Part shown: piece after piece, positions 19,935-30,413 of the stretch
How the letters are laid out: each line of letters opens with the position of its first letter
How positions within the stretch are numbered: position 1 is the stretch's first letter
From: Minisyncoccota bacterium
GTDB lineage: Bacteria; Patescibacteriota; Microgenomatia; UBA1400; PJMF01
Assembly: GCA_003173865.1 (NCBI GenBank)
Contig: PJMF01000012.1
Span: forward strand, 8,908 to 72,907
Direction: 5' to 3'
DNA: 64,000 nt
Translations under genes and position numbers: made by a program
Notes under the pieces: generated by a model
Database searches by the model: none
The model's input: the letters and a program-made list of their open reading frames with translations, nothing else
Told to the model about the DNA's origin: nothing

Positions 19935-21182
19935 ATGTCCAACATTCAACGCCTTCAGGCACGTCAAATTTTAGATTCACGCGGAAATCCAACTGTGGAA
20001 GTGGATCTTTTTCTTGACGATGGTTCTTGGGGCCGTGCTGCAGTGCCAAGTGGAGCGAGCACTGGATCACGCGAAGCACTTGAACTGCGAGATGGCGATT
20101 CCGCCTATTTAGGAAAAGGCGTCCTCAAAGCAATTCAACATATTCGTGAAGTGATTGCTCCAGCAGTTGAGGGGAAAAGTTTTTCTCAAAAAGAACTTGA
20201 TGACCTGATGCTTCAACTTGACGGCACTGAGACGAAAAGTAACTTGGGTGCAAATGCAATTTTAGCTGTATCTATGGCATATGTCGTTGCACAAGCACAT
20301 GCACAACACCTGCCGCTATACAAATATATTGGTCAGTTAGCTGGAAATACCGATTTCCACCTCCCAAAACCGATTTTTAATTTACTCAATGGTGGCGCCC
20401 ACGCAGATTGGACCACTGACATTCAAGAGTACATTCTTTTTCCAATGAAACATGAACCATATGCTGAACAGTTGCGCAAATCAGTTGAGGTCTTTCATCA
20501 TTTAGGCAAAATTTTAATCAGTCGAGGATACTCTACACACGTTGGGAATGAAGGTGGCTACGCACCAAGTTTACAGTCAAACGAAGAAGCATTTAACTTA
20601 ATTCCCGAGGCCGTGCAACAAGCAGGCTATACCATGGGGCACGACGGTGACTTCATGTTGGGTATTGATGCCGCGGCATCTGAGTTTTTTAAAGAAGGAA
20701 TGTATCATCTCAAACGAGACGGCGCGACTAAAAGTTCAACTGAAATGATTGCGTGGTATCAAGACTTGATGACGAAATACCCCATTTTTTCGCTAGAAGA
20801 TTTACTTGCAGAAGAAGATTGGGATGGCTGGAAACACGTCACTGCCCAAATTGGAGCAGACGTCCAAGTGGTTGGCGATGACTTAACTGTGACCAATCCT
20901 CGCTATATTCAAAAAGCAGTTGATGGCAAAAACTGCAACGCCGTGATCATCAAACTGAACCAGATTGGAACGGTGAGCGAAACACTGGAAGCAATTCGCT
21001 TGTGTAAAGCTGCTGGCTGGGTTACCATTGCCTCTCATCGGAGCGGCGAAACAGAAGATACGTTTATCGCACATCTTGCAGTCGGTGCGGGCACCGATCA
21101 AATCAAAACCGGTGCACCTTCACGAACAGATCGTACAGCGAAGTACAACGAGTTACTGCGCATTGCAGAAGAACTTTTATGA
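19935..21182 (+). CDS. eno: Enolase (phosphopyruvate hydratase)
   Basis: IQARQILDSRGNPTVEVDL N-terminus and full-length enolase similarity. AGGGG Shine-Dalgarno upstream. Confidence 0.95.
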   Translation: MSNIQRLQARQILDSRGNPTVEVDLFLDDGSWGRAAVPSGASTGSREALELRDGDSAYLGKGVLKAIQHIREVIAPAVEGKSFSQKELDDLMLQLDGTETKSNLGANAILAVSMAYVVAQAHAQHLPLYKYIGQLAGNTDFHLPKPIFNLLNGGAHADWTTDIQEYILFPMKHEPYAEQLRKSVEVFHHLGKILISRGYSTHVGNEGGYAPSLQSNEEAFNLIPEAVQQAGYTMGHDGDFMLGIDAAASEFFKEGMYHLKRDGATKSSTEMIAWYQDLMTKYPIFSLEDLLAEEDWDGWKHVTAQIGADVQVVGDDLTVTNPRYIQKAVDGKNCNAVIIKLNQIGTVSETLEAIRLCKAAGWVTIASHRSGETEDTFIAHLAVGAGTDQIKTGAPSRTDRTAKYNELLRIAEELL

Positions 21183-22738
21183 TTAAAAATAAAGTTGACG
21201 GGCCAGTGGTACTCATCGTTTTGGATGGATGGGGTGTGCGCGAAGAAAAAAAAGATAACGGAGTTGCCCTCGCTCACACTCCTTTTTTTGATTCATTACT
21301 TGCTAAATATCCCCACACGACGCTTCATGCTTCTGGCGAACACGTCGGATTACCCGCAGGTCAAATGGGTGGCAGCGAGGTGGGACACACTACCATCGGG
21401 GCCGGAAAGGTGCAGTATCAGCAACTTGTCAAAATTAATAACGCAATTAAGTCAGGTGAATTTGCTCTAAATCCCGCTTTTCAAGAAGCATTTGCGTATA
21501 CATACACGCATCATAGCCAACTCCACATCATGGGATTACTCAGTCCAGGTGGTATTCACTCACATCAAAATCATTTTTTTGAGTTAATTAATGCAGCTCT
21601 TGCCGCGAAAGTAGAAAAAATCATTTTACATCCATTTCTGGATGGCTCGGATACCCCAAGAACTGCCGGCTCCGGGTACCTCGAGTCACTGGAAAAATAT
21701 ATTGAGACACGGCCAAGTTGTCACATTGCGACAGTGATGAGTCGTTACTTTGCAATGGATCGCAATACGAACTGGGATCGAATTCAGGTAGCTCTTGATG
21801 CAATCCAGTTTGGCAAAGCACAAAACACATACACTGGAGAAGTCAAACCTTCACGAGTTGTGAGGGATTTTTATAAAGACTCTGTCTTTGACGATCACAT
21901 GCCACCTTTAGTCTTTGGTGAACCAAACCCTTTTACGTTTCAAAAAAACGATGCCGTGATCTTTATCAACTTTCGTTCTGATCGTGCGCAGCAACTCAGT
22001 CAAAAAATTTGCGAAGTTACTGACAAACTTCAGCTTTGTTTTGTCACCATGAGTAATTACGGGAGTTCTGTAAAAGCAAAAGTTGCATTCGAAGTCGATA
22101 AAATTGAGCACACGCTTGCAAGTATTCTTTCCGCACATCATTTTACGCAAGCGCATCTGGCTGAAACTGAGAAAATTGCTCACGCAACTTTTTTTCTGAA
22201 CGGGGGTCGCGCTGAACCCTTCCCAGGCGAAGAACACGTCTTGATACCCAGTCGTAAAGACGTCGCAAGTCATGATCTCGCTCCTGAAATGAAAGCCAAA
22301 GAAATTTGTGATGCAGCACTCGAAAGATTAGATCGAAGTAATTTTCTTTTTATTAACTTTGCCAATCCAGATATGGTTGGGCACACTGCGGTTCCTCACG
22401 CAATTATCAAAGCAGTTGAAACAGTTGATCAGCAGCTGGCGCGACTGGTACCCGCGGTCATTGCAAAAAATGGCGCTTTGCTGATTATTGCCGACCACGG
22501 CAATGCAGAAGAAATGGTTGACCAAAAAACTGGGGAGCCACACACCTCGCATACTACCAACCCAGTCCCATGTATTTTTGTACACTCCAGTTTTCATCCA
22601 AAATTAAAACACCAAGATCAAGGATTAAAAGATGTCGCACCCACTATTTTGGAGTTATTTGGTATTCAAAAACCAGACATCATGACGGGGAAATCACTTT
22701 TTCTCTCCCACTACATGACCCCCAAACTCACTTCTTAA
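21179..22738 (+). CDS. gpmI: 2,3-bisphosphoglycerate-independent phosphoglycerate mutase
   Basis: VVLIVLDGWG N-terminal motif and length of about 519 aa. Start overlaps the eno stop (ATGA). Confidence 0.95.
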   Translation: MIKNKVDGPVVLIVLDGWGVREEKKDNGVALAHTPFFDSLLAKYPHTTLHASGEHVGLPAGQMGGSEVGHTTIGAGKVQYQQLVKINNAIKSGEFALNPAFQEAFAYTYTHHSQLHIMGLLSPGGIHSHQNHFFELINAALAAKVEKIILHPFLDGSDTPRTAGSGYLESLEKYIETRPSCHIATVMSRYFAMDRNTNWDRIQVALDAIQFGKAQNTYTGEVKPSRVVRDFYKDSVFDDHMPPLVFGEPNPFTFQKNDAVIFINFRSDRAQQLSQKICEVTDKLQLCFVTMSNYGSSVKAKVAFEVDKIEHTLASILSAHHFTQAHLAETEKIAHATFFLNGGRAEPFPGEEHVLIPSRKDVASHDLAPEMKAKEICDAALERLDRSNFLFINFANPDMVGHTAVPHAIIKAVETVDQQLARLVPAVIAKNGALLIIADHGNAEEMVDQKTGEPHTSHTTNPVPCIFVHSSFHPKLKHQDQGLKDVAPTILELFGIQKPDIMTGKSLFLSHYMTPKLTS

Positions 22739-23596
22739 AACGTTAACGACTCTATTTGCATAACGCGGATTATTTGCAGATTCCTTTCGAACGTTGAGTG
22801 AAGCTTCAATAATGGGTACTTGTACATTCAGCTCTTGAGCAGTTTCTACTGTCCATTGCCCTTCACCACTATGCGCGATCGTTGTGGCAATATCTTGAAG
22901 TTCAGTGCCTTGATGCAGATAACCAGACTGTAACCAACCAATTAAGCGTGACTCGATCACACTGCGATTGTTATAAACTTCACTCACTTTGAATAAATCT
23001 AAATGAAACGGTGACTCTTTGAGTACCTCAAATCCTTCTCCAATTGCTTGCATCATGCCATACTCGATGCCATTGTGCACCATTTTGACAAAATGTCCGG
23101 CGCCATTTCCCGAAAAAAATTGCAGCGCATTTGGAGCCGTGATGTCGATAAATAACTGCTTATACATTTCGAATGCATGAGCATCACCACCTATCATTAA
23201 ACACGCCCCACTCCGTGCACCTGCTGGCCCACCCGAGACACCCACATCAATAAAACGTATTCCAGCCTTTTGCAACGCAGCTGCTCGCTGCATGGTATCT
23301 TTATAAAAAGAGTTTCCTCCATCAATAATCGTGTCACCTTTGGTCAGTAAGGGCGTAATTTGGTCAATCATCTCACCCGTGACGGCGCCTGCGGGTAACA
23401 TCAGCCATATTACTCGGGGAGTTTTCAGTTGGGCAATGAGTTGTTCAATACTTTCAACTGTCACTGCACCTGCTGCTTCAACTTCTGCGCGTGGCTCGGC
23501 AGAACGATTCCATGCCACTACGTCATGCCCTTTTTCTAATACATGCAACACCATATTCTTGCCCATTTTCCCTAAACCAATATATCCAAGCTGCAT
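22694..23596 (-). CDS. gnd: 6-phosphogluconate dehydrogenase (decarboxylating), short NAD-binding form
   Basis: MQLGYIGLGKMGKNM Rossmann N-terminus and 6PGDH-like core, about 300 aa. Lies downstream of zwf on the same strand. Confidence 0.8.
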   Translation of the reverse strand: MQLGYIGLGKMGKNMVLHVLEKGHDVVAWNRSAEPRAEVEAAGAVTVESIEQLIAQLKTPRVIWLMLPAGAVTGEMIDQITPLLTKGDTIIDGGNSFYKDTMQRAAALQKAGIRFIDVGVSGGPAGARSGACLMIGGDAHAFEMYKQLFIDITAPNALQFFSGNGAGHFVKMVHNGIEYGMMQAIGEGFEVLKESPFHLDLFKVSEVYNNRSVIESRLIGWLQSGYLHQGTELQDIATTIAHSGEGQWTVETAQELNVQVPIIEASLNVRKESANNPRYANRVVNVLRSEFGGHVVGEKK

Positions 23597-23605
23597 ACCT
23601 TCCTT

Positions 23606-25075
23606 TCACATTTCAACACTTGGTTGAATCCATTGACGTTTATCTTGTTTAATTAATTGAGTAAATGAACTGGGACCCCAGCTGCCTGCTTTATATGCCT
23701 CAGGCCGAAACTTCGCTCTCATTTTGTAATCGAGGAGTGGTTGAACAAAATGCCAAGAACTTTCAATTCCATCTGAGCGTGGGAAAAGCGTTGGATCACC
23801 TTGAACTGCATCATAAATTAACTTGACATATGCTTCGACGAGTCCCATCTGAAACTCATTCCGATAACCAAACTGCATCGGGACTTCATTGAGTTGTAAA
23901 TGAAGACCTGGTTTTTTGACCTTTAAGCGAACGACGACTCCTTCGTTTGGTTGAATGCGCAAAGTAAGTACATTCCCTCTTTGCACGCGATCAAGTTCTG
24001 AAAACATTGCATTGGGCGGCTCTTTAAACTGAATTGAAATTTCTGTCACTGTACTTTCAAGACGTTTCCCTGCCCGAATATAAATAGGTACATTGCGCCA
24101 ACGGTCACTATCCACAAAACAACGCAGCGCTGCAGCTGTTTCCGTTTGCGAGTGCGGTTCGATATGATTTTCTTCTAAAAATCCTCGAACGATATTTCCG
24201 TTGACTTTTCCGGCGATATACTGACCAAACTTCACGTCACGATCAATCTGGTCCAACTCAAATGGCCGAAGATTTGCAAGTACTTCATGGCGTTTCTGTC
24301 GAACATCCTGCGCTTGCAAGCTTTTTGGCTCATCCATCAAAGTAACAGCCAGCATCTGTAGTACATGATTCTGAATCACATCCCGAATGGTCCCTGTTTG
24401 GTCATAAAAAATTTCTCGCCCATCTATGCCTAAGTTTTCGGATGCAGTAACTTGGATGTTATCGATAAAGTTGCGATGCCAAAGGTGTTCAAAGATTCCG
24501 TTTGCAAAACGAAAAACGAGTAAATTTTGAACTGTTTCTTTTGCTAAAAAATGATCGATACGAAAAATCTGGTCTTCTTTAAATACAGATGTTAGCGCCT
24601 CATCGAGTTCGTGTGCAGATGCCACGTCCGTACCAAACGGCTTTTCCAGCATGATTTTTGTCCAACCACATGGCGCTTTTCCCATTCTAGCTGCTTGGAT
24701 GTGCCGAACCGTCTGGATATACAAACTCGGCAACGTTGCAACGTACCACAGATGATTGCCGCACGTAGCAAAGCTTTCATGGAGCGAGCGAATTTGTTCA
24801 AACGTTTGGCGATGATCAACGTCCCCTGGCAAATAGTAAAGACTTTTGGCAAATTTTTTCCATTCCGACTCATCTTTTGGTTGAACGACGCTGTACACGA
24901 ATTGTTCAAACTCGTGGTGAGTCATCACTTTGCGAGAGTTTCCGACTAAATTAAAAATTTCTGGTAGTAAACCTTCTTGATGAAGTGTATACAGCGCTTT
25001 CAAAATTTTTTTCTTGGCAAGATCACCAGTCGCTCCAATCAAAAAAAGAGTAAGGGGATGTTTAATTGGCTTCAT
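23606..25075 (-). CDS. zwf: Glucose-6-phosphate 1-dehydrogenase
   Basis: LFLIGATGDLAKKKI NADP-binding motif, RIDHFLAKE and further G6PD signatures. ATG chosen at 25075 (MKPIKH) with an AGGA Shine-Dalgarno 10 nt upstream. Confidence 0.9.
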   Translation of the reverse strand: MKPIKHPLTLFLIGATGDLAKKKILKALYTLHQEGLLPEIFNLVGNSRKVMTHHEFEQFVYSVVQPKDESEWKKFAKSLYYLPGDVDHRQTFEQIRSLHESFATCGNHLWYVATLPSLYIQTVRHIQAARMGKAPCGWTKIMLEKPFGTDVASAHELDEALTSVFKEDQIFRIDHFLAKETVQNLLVFRFANGIFEHLWHRNFIDNIQVTASENLGIDGREIFYDQTGTIRDVIQNHVLQMLAVTLMDEPKSLQAQDVRQKRHEVLANLRPFELDQIDRDVKFGQYIAGKVNGNIVRGFLEENHIEPHSQTETAAALRCFVDSDRWRNVPIYIRAGKRLESTVTEISIQFKEPPNAMFSELDRVQRGNVLTLRIQPNEGVVVRLKVKKPGLHLQLNEVPMQFGYRNEFQMGLVEAYVKLIYDAVQGDPTLFPRSDGIESSWHFVQPLLDYKMRAKFRPEAYKAGSWGPSSFTQLIKQDKRQWIQPSVEM

Positions 25076-25909
25076 ATGATAAGATGTCCTAGTATTGTGA
25101 CACACTCTTCTCAATTTCGCTTTCACATTTTTTCTGCTGAAAAAGTTGCGGTCGAAGCTGCTCACTCCTTGGCGAAAATATTAACAGACTCGTTGTCTCA
25201 AAATAAATCCGTACTGCTATTACTCTCCGGCGGATCGGCAATTAAGATGTATGGATATATCTTTCAATTTTTAGAAACAGGAACTCATTTACAGCACTTG
25301 AACCTTGGCTTAGCTGACGAGCGTTTTGGCCCGTTTGGTCACCCAGATAGTAATGAGCAACAGTTACGTGATGCTGGCGTTATCAAAGCGTTTGAAGATC
25401 GAGGAGCTCACTTTTTTGGTATGTTAACTCAAGATCACCTTAATGAAAAAGAAACTGCTAAACGAGCTGCGACAATTTATCGCCGCCTTTTTGAAGAGGC
25501 AGATACAATCATTCTTTCGGCAGGAATTGGTGAAGACGGTCATACGCTCGGCTGGTTACCAACCCAAACACGTAAAGAATTTATGCACCTTTACGATTCA
25601 CCTGCAGACGTTACTTTTTATACACTCGATCCTCGCAACTCACCGAATCCGTTTCGCTCACGCTTGACACTTACACTTACAGCAGCCAAAAAAGCACATC
25701 GTATGTTTGTTTTTGCTCAGGGAAAAAATAAACGTATGGCTCTGCAGAAGTTAACACAAGAAGTAGGTCCAGTTCACACTATTCCTGCTCGAGCGCTCTT
25801 CCAAAGCCTGCATCCACTCGAAATTTGGACAGATCAGGTGGTAACAGGTAAAAAAATAAAAAACGTCGTCCCAACTCCTTCTTCAGATCTGAATGAAATA
25901 CTTCCGTGA
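25076..25909 (+). CDS. pgl: 6-phosphogluconolactonase (GlcN6P deaminase/6PGL family)
   Basis: LLLSGGS motif and 6PGL-family similarity. Divergent from zwf with start codons abutting (catatg). The start is uncertain: 25058 or a later non-ATG start are possible. Confidence 0.65.
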   Translation: MIRCPSIVTHSSQFRFHIFSAEKVAVEAAHSLAKILTDSLSQNKSVLLLLSGGSAIKMYGYIFQFLETGTHLQHLNLGLADERFGPFGHPDSNEQQLRDAGVIKAFEDRGAHFFGMLTQDHLNEKETAKRAATIYRRLFEEADTIILSAGIGEDGHTLGWLPTQTRKEFMHLYDSPADVTFYTLDPRNSPNPFRSRLTLTLTAAKKAHRMFVFAQGKNKRMALQKLTQEVGPVHTIPARALFQSLHPLEIWTDQVVTGKKIKNVVPTPSSDLNEILP

Positions 25910-26814
25910 AAATCTTCTTGGATAATTTGTTTTGAAATTGATAAACCAATTCCCATTCCTAATTCTGGCTTTTTGGTAGTAAAGAGTGGTTCAAATACTT
26001 GGGCACGAATACTTCTCGGAATGCCACACCCATCATCATGAATCGAGACAACAATTCCCTCTTCCGATTTCTTTGACTGAATGACCACAGATTTATCAGA
26101 AAATTCGCTCTCTCTATTATCTTGATATGCATCAATTGCATTCGAAAGGAGATTGGTTATCACTTGATTAAACTTCAAGCTATTTCCGAACAAAATCAAC
26201 TCTCGATCTACCTCAGACTTCATTTTTACTTGTTTCTTTTTGGCTTTATACGAGAGAACTTGAATTGAGTGTTGAATTTCTCGACTCAGCGAGAAACGAG
26301 AGCTTAACTCCTGCTTTTGAATTTGTTTTCGCGCGGCAAGAATGAATTCTTCCATTTGTCTCAAGCTCTGCAACGCTCTTTTTACTGCGAGTAAATCATC
26401 TTTATGAGGTTTGATTCCTTCTAAATTTAACGACACTGCCGTTAAGGGATTAGTTAGGTCATGAAATAATCCAGAGGAAATTTTGCCTAGTTCTGCAAAA
26501 CGATAGAGTTGAAGAATTTTTTCCAGTTGCAGCTGTTTGAGTTCGCGAGTGCGTTCTTCCACTTTTTTTTCTAACAAATCACGCTCTTCTTTTAAAGCCT
26601 GTTCGGACCGGTGAACGCGTTCATATGAAAGTTCAATTTCTCGACTAGAAAGCCACAGTAATCCAGCAAAAAAGAAACTGGGAAAAAATGCGACGAACAT
26701 GTTAAAGTAATCACTTAAAACAATTGCCACCACAAAAGTGAACAACATCCCACTTATTAAAAGTCTATTTAAAACCAGCTCACGCCGGGCTAGTAATTTG
26801 GGTAGCTTAATCAA
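25834..26814 (-). CDS. Sensor histidine kinase (HisKA plus HATPase_c)
   Basis: H-box FHDLTNPLT, N-box NLLSNAIDAY, G-boxes HDDGCGIP and GMGIGLS. N-terminal TM helices. The 26814 start is a TTG; an ATG alternative lies at 26748. Confidence 0.8.
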   Translation of the reverse strand: MIKLPKLLARRELVLNRLLISGMLFTFVVAIVLSDYFNMFVAFFPSFFFAGLLWLSSREIELSYERVHRSEQALKEERDLLEKKVEERTRELKQLQLEKILQLYRFAELGKISSGLFHDLTNPLTAVSLNLEGIKPHKDDLLAVKRALQSLRQMEEFILAARKQIQKQELSSRFSLSREIQHSIQVLSYKAKKKQVKMKSEVDRELILFGNSLKFNQVITNLLSNAIDAYQDNRESEFSDKSVVIQSKKSEEGIVVSIHDDGCGIPRSIRAQVFEPLFTTKKPELGMGIGLSISKQIIQEDFHGSISFRSEEGVGTTFFIFLPVTT

Positions 26815-27469
26815 TTTTGTATCCTAATCCACGAATAGTTTGAATTCGATGTGATCCATGTGGTTTATCGATCTTATCTCGCAAAAACTTGATATGAACG
26901 TCAATGGTATTGATCGAGGGATTTGCATTGCTCTCCCAAACATGCTCGAAAAGCATGTCACGGGTCACTACTCTTCCGGCGTTGCGCATCAAGTACTCGA
27001 GAATTTGAAACTCTCTTCGTCGTAACTCAATTTTTTTTCCGTGGAGAAACACTTCTCCTGATTCAGGATCAAGAATTAGATGTTTAATCGAGATTCGATT
27101 GTACAGTATTTGTGGGCCTCTTCTACTTAAGGCGCGAAGTCGCGCATGTAGCTCGGCGAAGCTAAAAGGCTTCGAAAGAAAATCGTCAGCACCGGCATCC
27201 AAGCTGCGTACTTTATCTTCAACAGCAATACTAGCCGTTAAAATTAAGATCGGAGCAGTAATTTTATTTGCGCGAATACGCTGACACAGTTTAATCCCGT
27301 CTGAATCAGGCAAATTTAAGTCTAAAATAATTACGTCGTATGATGAGGACTCTAAGTAACTCAGCGCTTCACGGGCGGTTTCAGTCAAGTCAATCGCATA
27401 ACGATGTTTTACTCCATCGCGAATCGTTTGAGCTGTTTCAAGATCGTCTTCAATTAATAATATGCGCAT
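26807..27469 (-). CDS. OmpR-family response regulator
   Basis: MRILLIEDD receiver N-terminus and a winged-helix C-terminus (IQTIRGLGYKID). Lies upstream of the kinase with a small overlap. Confidence 0.85.
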   Translation of the reverse strand: MRILLIEDDLETAQTIRDGVKHRYAIDLTETAREALSYLESSSYDVIILDLNLPDSDGIKLCQRIRANKITAPILILTASIAVEDKVRSLDAGADDFLSKPFSFAELHARLRALSRRGPQILYNRISIKHLILDPESGEVFLHGKKIELRRREFQILEYLMRNAGRVVTRDMLFEHVWESNANPSINTIDVHIKFLRDKIDKPHGSHRIQTIRGLGYKID

Positions 27470-27554
27470 AAGAAAGAATCCCTCGGGCAGACTCATCACT
27501 TATGACACACAAAGATTAAAAATTCATTAAATAATATCCGCAGAATTTGCGTTA

Positions 27555-28622
27555 TTAAACTTTAAACTCACCCTCGACTAAAATTTCCTTGCCATTCGCT
27601 AACACTTTAGAACCAGAGAGCCGCATATCTTTGACCATATCCATATGAATTGCAGATTGGTTGATACCACCACAATCTGGGAACGCAAAACCAATTGCCA
27701 TGTGAATGGTGCCCTTCATTTTTTCGTCAAAAAGCACGTTGTTCATATACTTTGTGACACCTGGATTTCCACCAATTGCAAACTCACCCAAACGCCGGGA
27801 ACCTTTGTCTGTATCAAGGATGTGCTCGAGAAACGCTTGGTTTTCAGTAGCCTCAGCTTTGACGACGAGTCCTTTCTCAAAAAACAAGTGAATGTCCCGC
27901 ATCGTTACGCTTTGGTACGTTAACGGATAATTAAAGTAGACTTCGCCTTCAACTGAGTCATCAACTGGCGCAGTAAATGTTTCGCCTCCAGGAATATTGG
28001 CTTTCCAGTCATCAAAAATCCAAGTGCGGCCTTTTGTTGAGAGTTTGAGATGCGTTTTTTCACCAATGACTTCAATTTCCTTATTCGTCAACGCTTTTGC
28101 CAATTTTTTCATTTGCTGTTCGATCTCAGTCCAATCTTGATTCACAGAACTAAAGTAAAAATCTTCAAGCTCTTGTAAATTCATGTTGGCAGCTTGAGCC
28201 ATCGCTGGCGTTGGATAGTACGTGAGCACCCAAGGCTTTTTAGAAATAATGCGATGATGCGGTTCAATGATTTTCGCGCGAACTTGAATCTTCTTCGGAT
28301 CGACATTAATCATGTCCCGAGCATTGACTTCAGAACGAATAACAATCGATTTATCAAAGTGACGTGCGTTAAATGCATAAAGATCTGGTTCAACTTTGAG
28401 CTGAGCATCTGAAGCATTTTTGTAGTACCAACTTCCCAGCTCTTCTACTGCGATATCTAGATATGGAAGCCCGCCAGCGAGAATCACTTGCTTATAGACT
28501 TCTTTCGCCATGGGTAAACCAATTGGATCAGATAAACGAATCCAAACTTTTTCACCTTTTTTGACCGAAACTGATTTATTCACTAGATTTTGCGCGAGTT
28601 GGATGAGACGTGAATCAGTCAT
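27555..28622 (-). CDS. Aminopeptidase, M29 (AmpS/aminopeptidase T) family
   Basis: MTDSRLIQLAQNLVNKSVSVKKGEKVWI matches the M29 N-terminus. A TTGTCA-16-TATAAT promoter overlaps the earlier in-frame ATG at 28637, so the start was placed at the second ATG, 28622. Confidence 0.75.
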   Translation of the reverse strand: MTDSRLIQLAQNLVNKSVSVKKGEKVWIRLSDPIGLPMAKEVYKQVILAGGLPYLDIAVEELGSWYYKNASDAQLKVEPDLYAFNARHFDKSIVIRSEVNARDMINVDPKKIQVRAKIIEPHHRIISKKPWVLTYYPTPAMAQAANMNLQELEDFYFSSVNQDWTEIEQQMKKLAKALTNKEIEVIGEKTHLKLSTKGRTWIFDDWKANIPGGETFTAPVDDSVEGEVYFNYPLTYQSVTMRDIHLFFEKGLVVKAEATENQAFLEHILDTDKGSRRLGEFAIGGNPGVTKYMNNVLFDEKMKGTIHMAIGFAFPDCGGINQSAIHMDMVKDMRLSGSKVLANGKEILVEGEFKV

Positions 28623-28635
28623 AGACTTAAGCGAC

Positions 28636-28664
28636 ATTATAGTGAATTACTTTACGTTGACAAT
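28636..28664 (-). promoter_or_regulatory. Sigma-70-like promoter (TTGTCA, 16-nt spacer, TATAAT) for the aminopeptidase gene; near-leaderless
   Basis: Minus-strand sequence TTGTCAacgtaaagtaattcacTATAAT lies immediately upstream of the ATG at 28622. Confidence 0.45.
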
Positions 28665-28698
28665 ACGCTTCGTGTGATAATTTAAGGGCAGATACAAA

Positions 28699-30393
28699 TT
28701 ACGCCTCACATGCATACACACACATTTTCGATTGATTAAATTTCTGCGCAGCATTCGTGCTGTGCTGATAATAGAGTGTCTTGATCTTTGACTCCCAAGC
28801 AAAAATGTACAAGTTATTAATATCCTTGGCTGGAACGCTTGGGTTAATCATCAAGTTCAATGACTGACCTTGGTCAATATACTGTTGACGTGTTGAAGCC
28901 TGATCAATAATCGCAATCTGGTCGATTTCACAAAATGTCTTGAACACTTCTTTTTCCTGTTCTGATAAAAACTCGAGATGTTGGACTGATCCGTCATTAT
29001 TACGAATTGAGTTCCAGACTTCTTTGGTATTCTTGCCTTTTTCCTCGAGCAACTTCTCGAGTGCCGGGTTTTTGATCGTCACTTTAATTTTTGCGATGTC
29101 TTTGACGTAACAGTTCGACCAAATTGGCTCAATACTTTGAGAAACTTGCCCAAGAATAAATGCTGATGATGTGGTCGGCGCAATTGCGTTGAGCGTGGTG
29201 TTCCTTCTACCGTATCCTTTCAGCAGTGAAGGCTCTCCAAACTCTTTTGCTAAATCTGCAGAGGCTTGGTACGACTTCTCTCGAATTGATTTGAAGACTT
29301 TGGCGTTGAGTTTTTTGGCTTCAATGCTCTCAAATGAAATCATTTTCGATTGAAGGTATGAGTGCCAACCCAACACTCCCAGTCCTAACGCTCGATTCGC
29401 AACTGCGAAGTTATATGCGCGTTCCATGAAGTAAAATGCTCTGCGGTCACTCTCTTTTTTAGAATCCCGGAAGTGTTCAAGCTTCTGAATAAACTCAGTC
29501 ATGACTGCATCGAGGAAGTACACCATGGTTTCGACTGCATCCGTATCTTTCCACTCGTCGTAATGTAAAAGATTGAGCGAAGATAAGTCGCAAACAAATG
29601 ACCACTCATCGTTCGTGGGTAACATGATTTCTGAACATAAATTACTGTGACGAATTGGCAGTTTTTTATCTTTGTATACGTCGACTGTGTAATTATTGAC
29701 GTTATCTTTGAAAAAGATATACGGATATCCCATCTCCACGCGGCGCTGAATCACTTTTGCCCAAATTTTGCGCTTCTTTGTATCGCCAGCAATCATTTCT
29801 TCCATAAATTTATCTGTTACCGTGACGCCATGCGTAAGCTCTTGAATGGGGTTGCCTTCTGTCCCAATCTCCAAAAATTCTTCGATATCTGGATGCTCAA
29901 CTGGCAAATAGGGCGAGAAAGCACCTCGCCGAGTGGAGCCTTGACTCACCACATTAATAATGGTTTCAAACAACTTCATGAAGTGCACAGATCCGGATGA
30001 AACTCCATTATCCGTAATGTCTGCCCCACGAGGACGTAAATCACCAAAGTAAGCACCCGTCCCGCCACCAAACTTCGTCATCATTCCCACCTCTGCTTGG
30101 GCATATAAAATTTGACTCATACTGTCCGAAATGTGCACGGAAAAACAACTAATGGGTAACCCTTTTTCCAGTCCAAAATTGGCCCAGATTGGAGTTGATA
30201 AAGAGTAGTACCCTTTTGCCATGTAGGTATAAAATTTATCCGCAAACCCTTTTTTCTTGAGGATTTTTTCAGCACGCTTCGCAATAAACTCAATGCGCTC
30301 CTCTGGAGTCACTCCTTCGGCGAGGTAGCCTCGATCGAGGAACTTGCGGCTGTTTTCATTTAACCAGGTGATTGGGGTGGTGTTTTTTTTCAT
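28699..30393 (-). CDS. nrdA: Class I ribonucleotide reductase alpha subunit lacking an ATP cone
   Basis: Catalytic N-x-C-x-E motif HSNLCSEI and a C-terminal Cys pair (CVYAC) for thioredoxin shuttling. No ATP-cone at the N-terminus. AAGGAG Shine-Dalgarno upstream. Confidence 0.8.
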   Translation of the reverse strand: MKKNTTPITWLNENSRKFLDRGYLAEGVTPEERIEFIAKRAEKILKKKGFADKFYTYMAKGYYSLSTPIWANFGLEKGLPISCFSVHISDSMSQILYAQAEVGMMTKFGGGTGAYFGDLRPRGADITDNGVSSGSVHFMKLFETIINVVSQGSTRRGAFSPYLPVEHPDIEEFLEIGTEGNPIQELTHGVTVTDKFMEEMIAGDTKKRKIWAKVIQRRVEMGYPYIFFKDNVNNYTVDVYKDKKLPIRHSNLCSEIMLPTNDEWSFVCDLSSLNLLHYDEWKDTDAVETMVYFLDAVMTEFIQKLEHFRDSKKESDRRAFYFMERAYNFAVANRALGLGVLGWHSYLQSKMISFESIEAKKLNAKVFKSIREKSYQASADLAKEFGEPSLLKGYGRRNTTLNAIAPTTSSAFILGQVSQSIEPIWSNCYVKDIAKIKVTIKNPALEKLLEEKGKNTKEVWNSIRNNDGSVQHLEFLSEQEKEVFKTFCEIDQIAIIDQASTRQQYIDQGQSLNLMINPSVPAKDINNLYIFAWESKIKTLYYQHSTNAAQKFNQSKMCVYACEA

Positions 30394-30413
30394 AGGGTGA
30401 AAACTCCTTGAGC

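Noticed and set aside
28638-28698. Plus-strand TTGACA...TGATAAT promoter-like sequence between the aminopeptidase and nrdA
   Set aside because: On the plus strand it would only produce antisense RNA into nrdA. The same bases read on the minus strand form a better-positioned promoter for the aminopeptidase gene.
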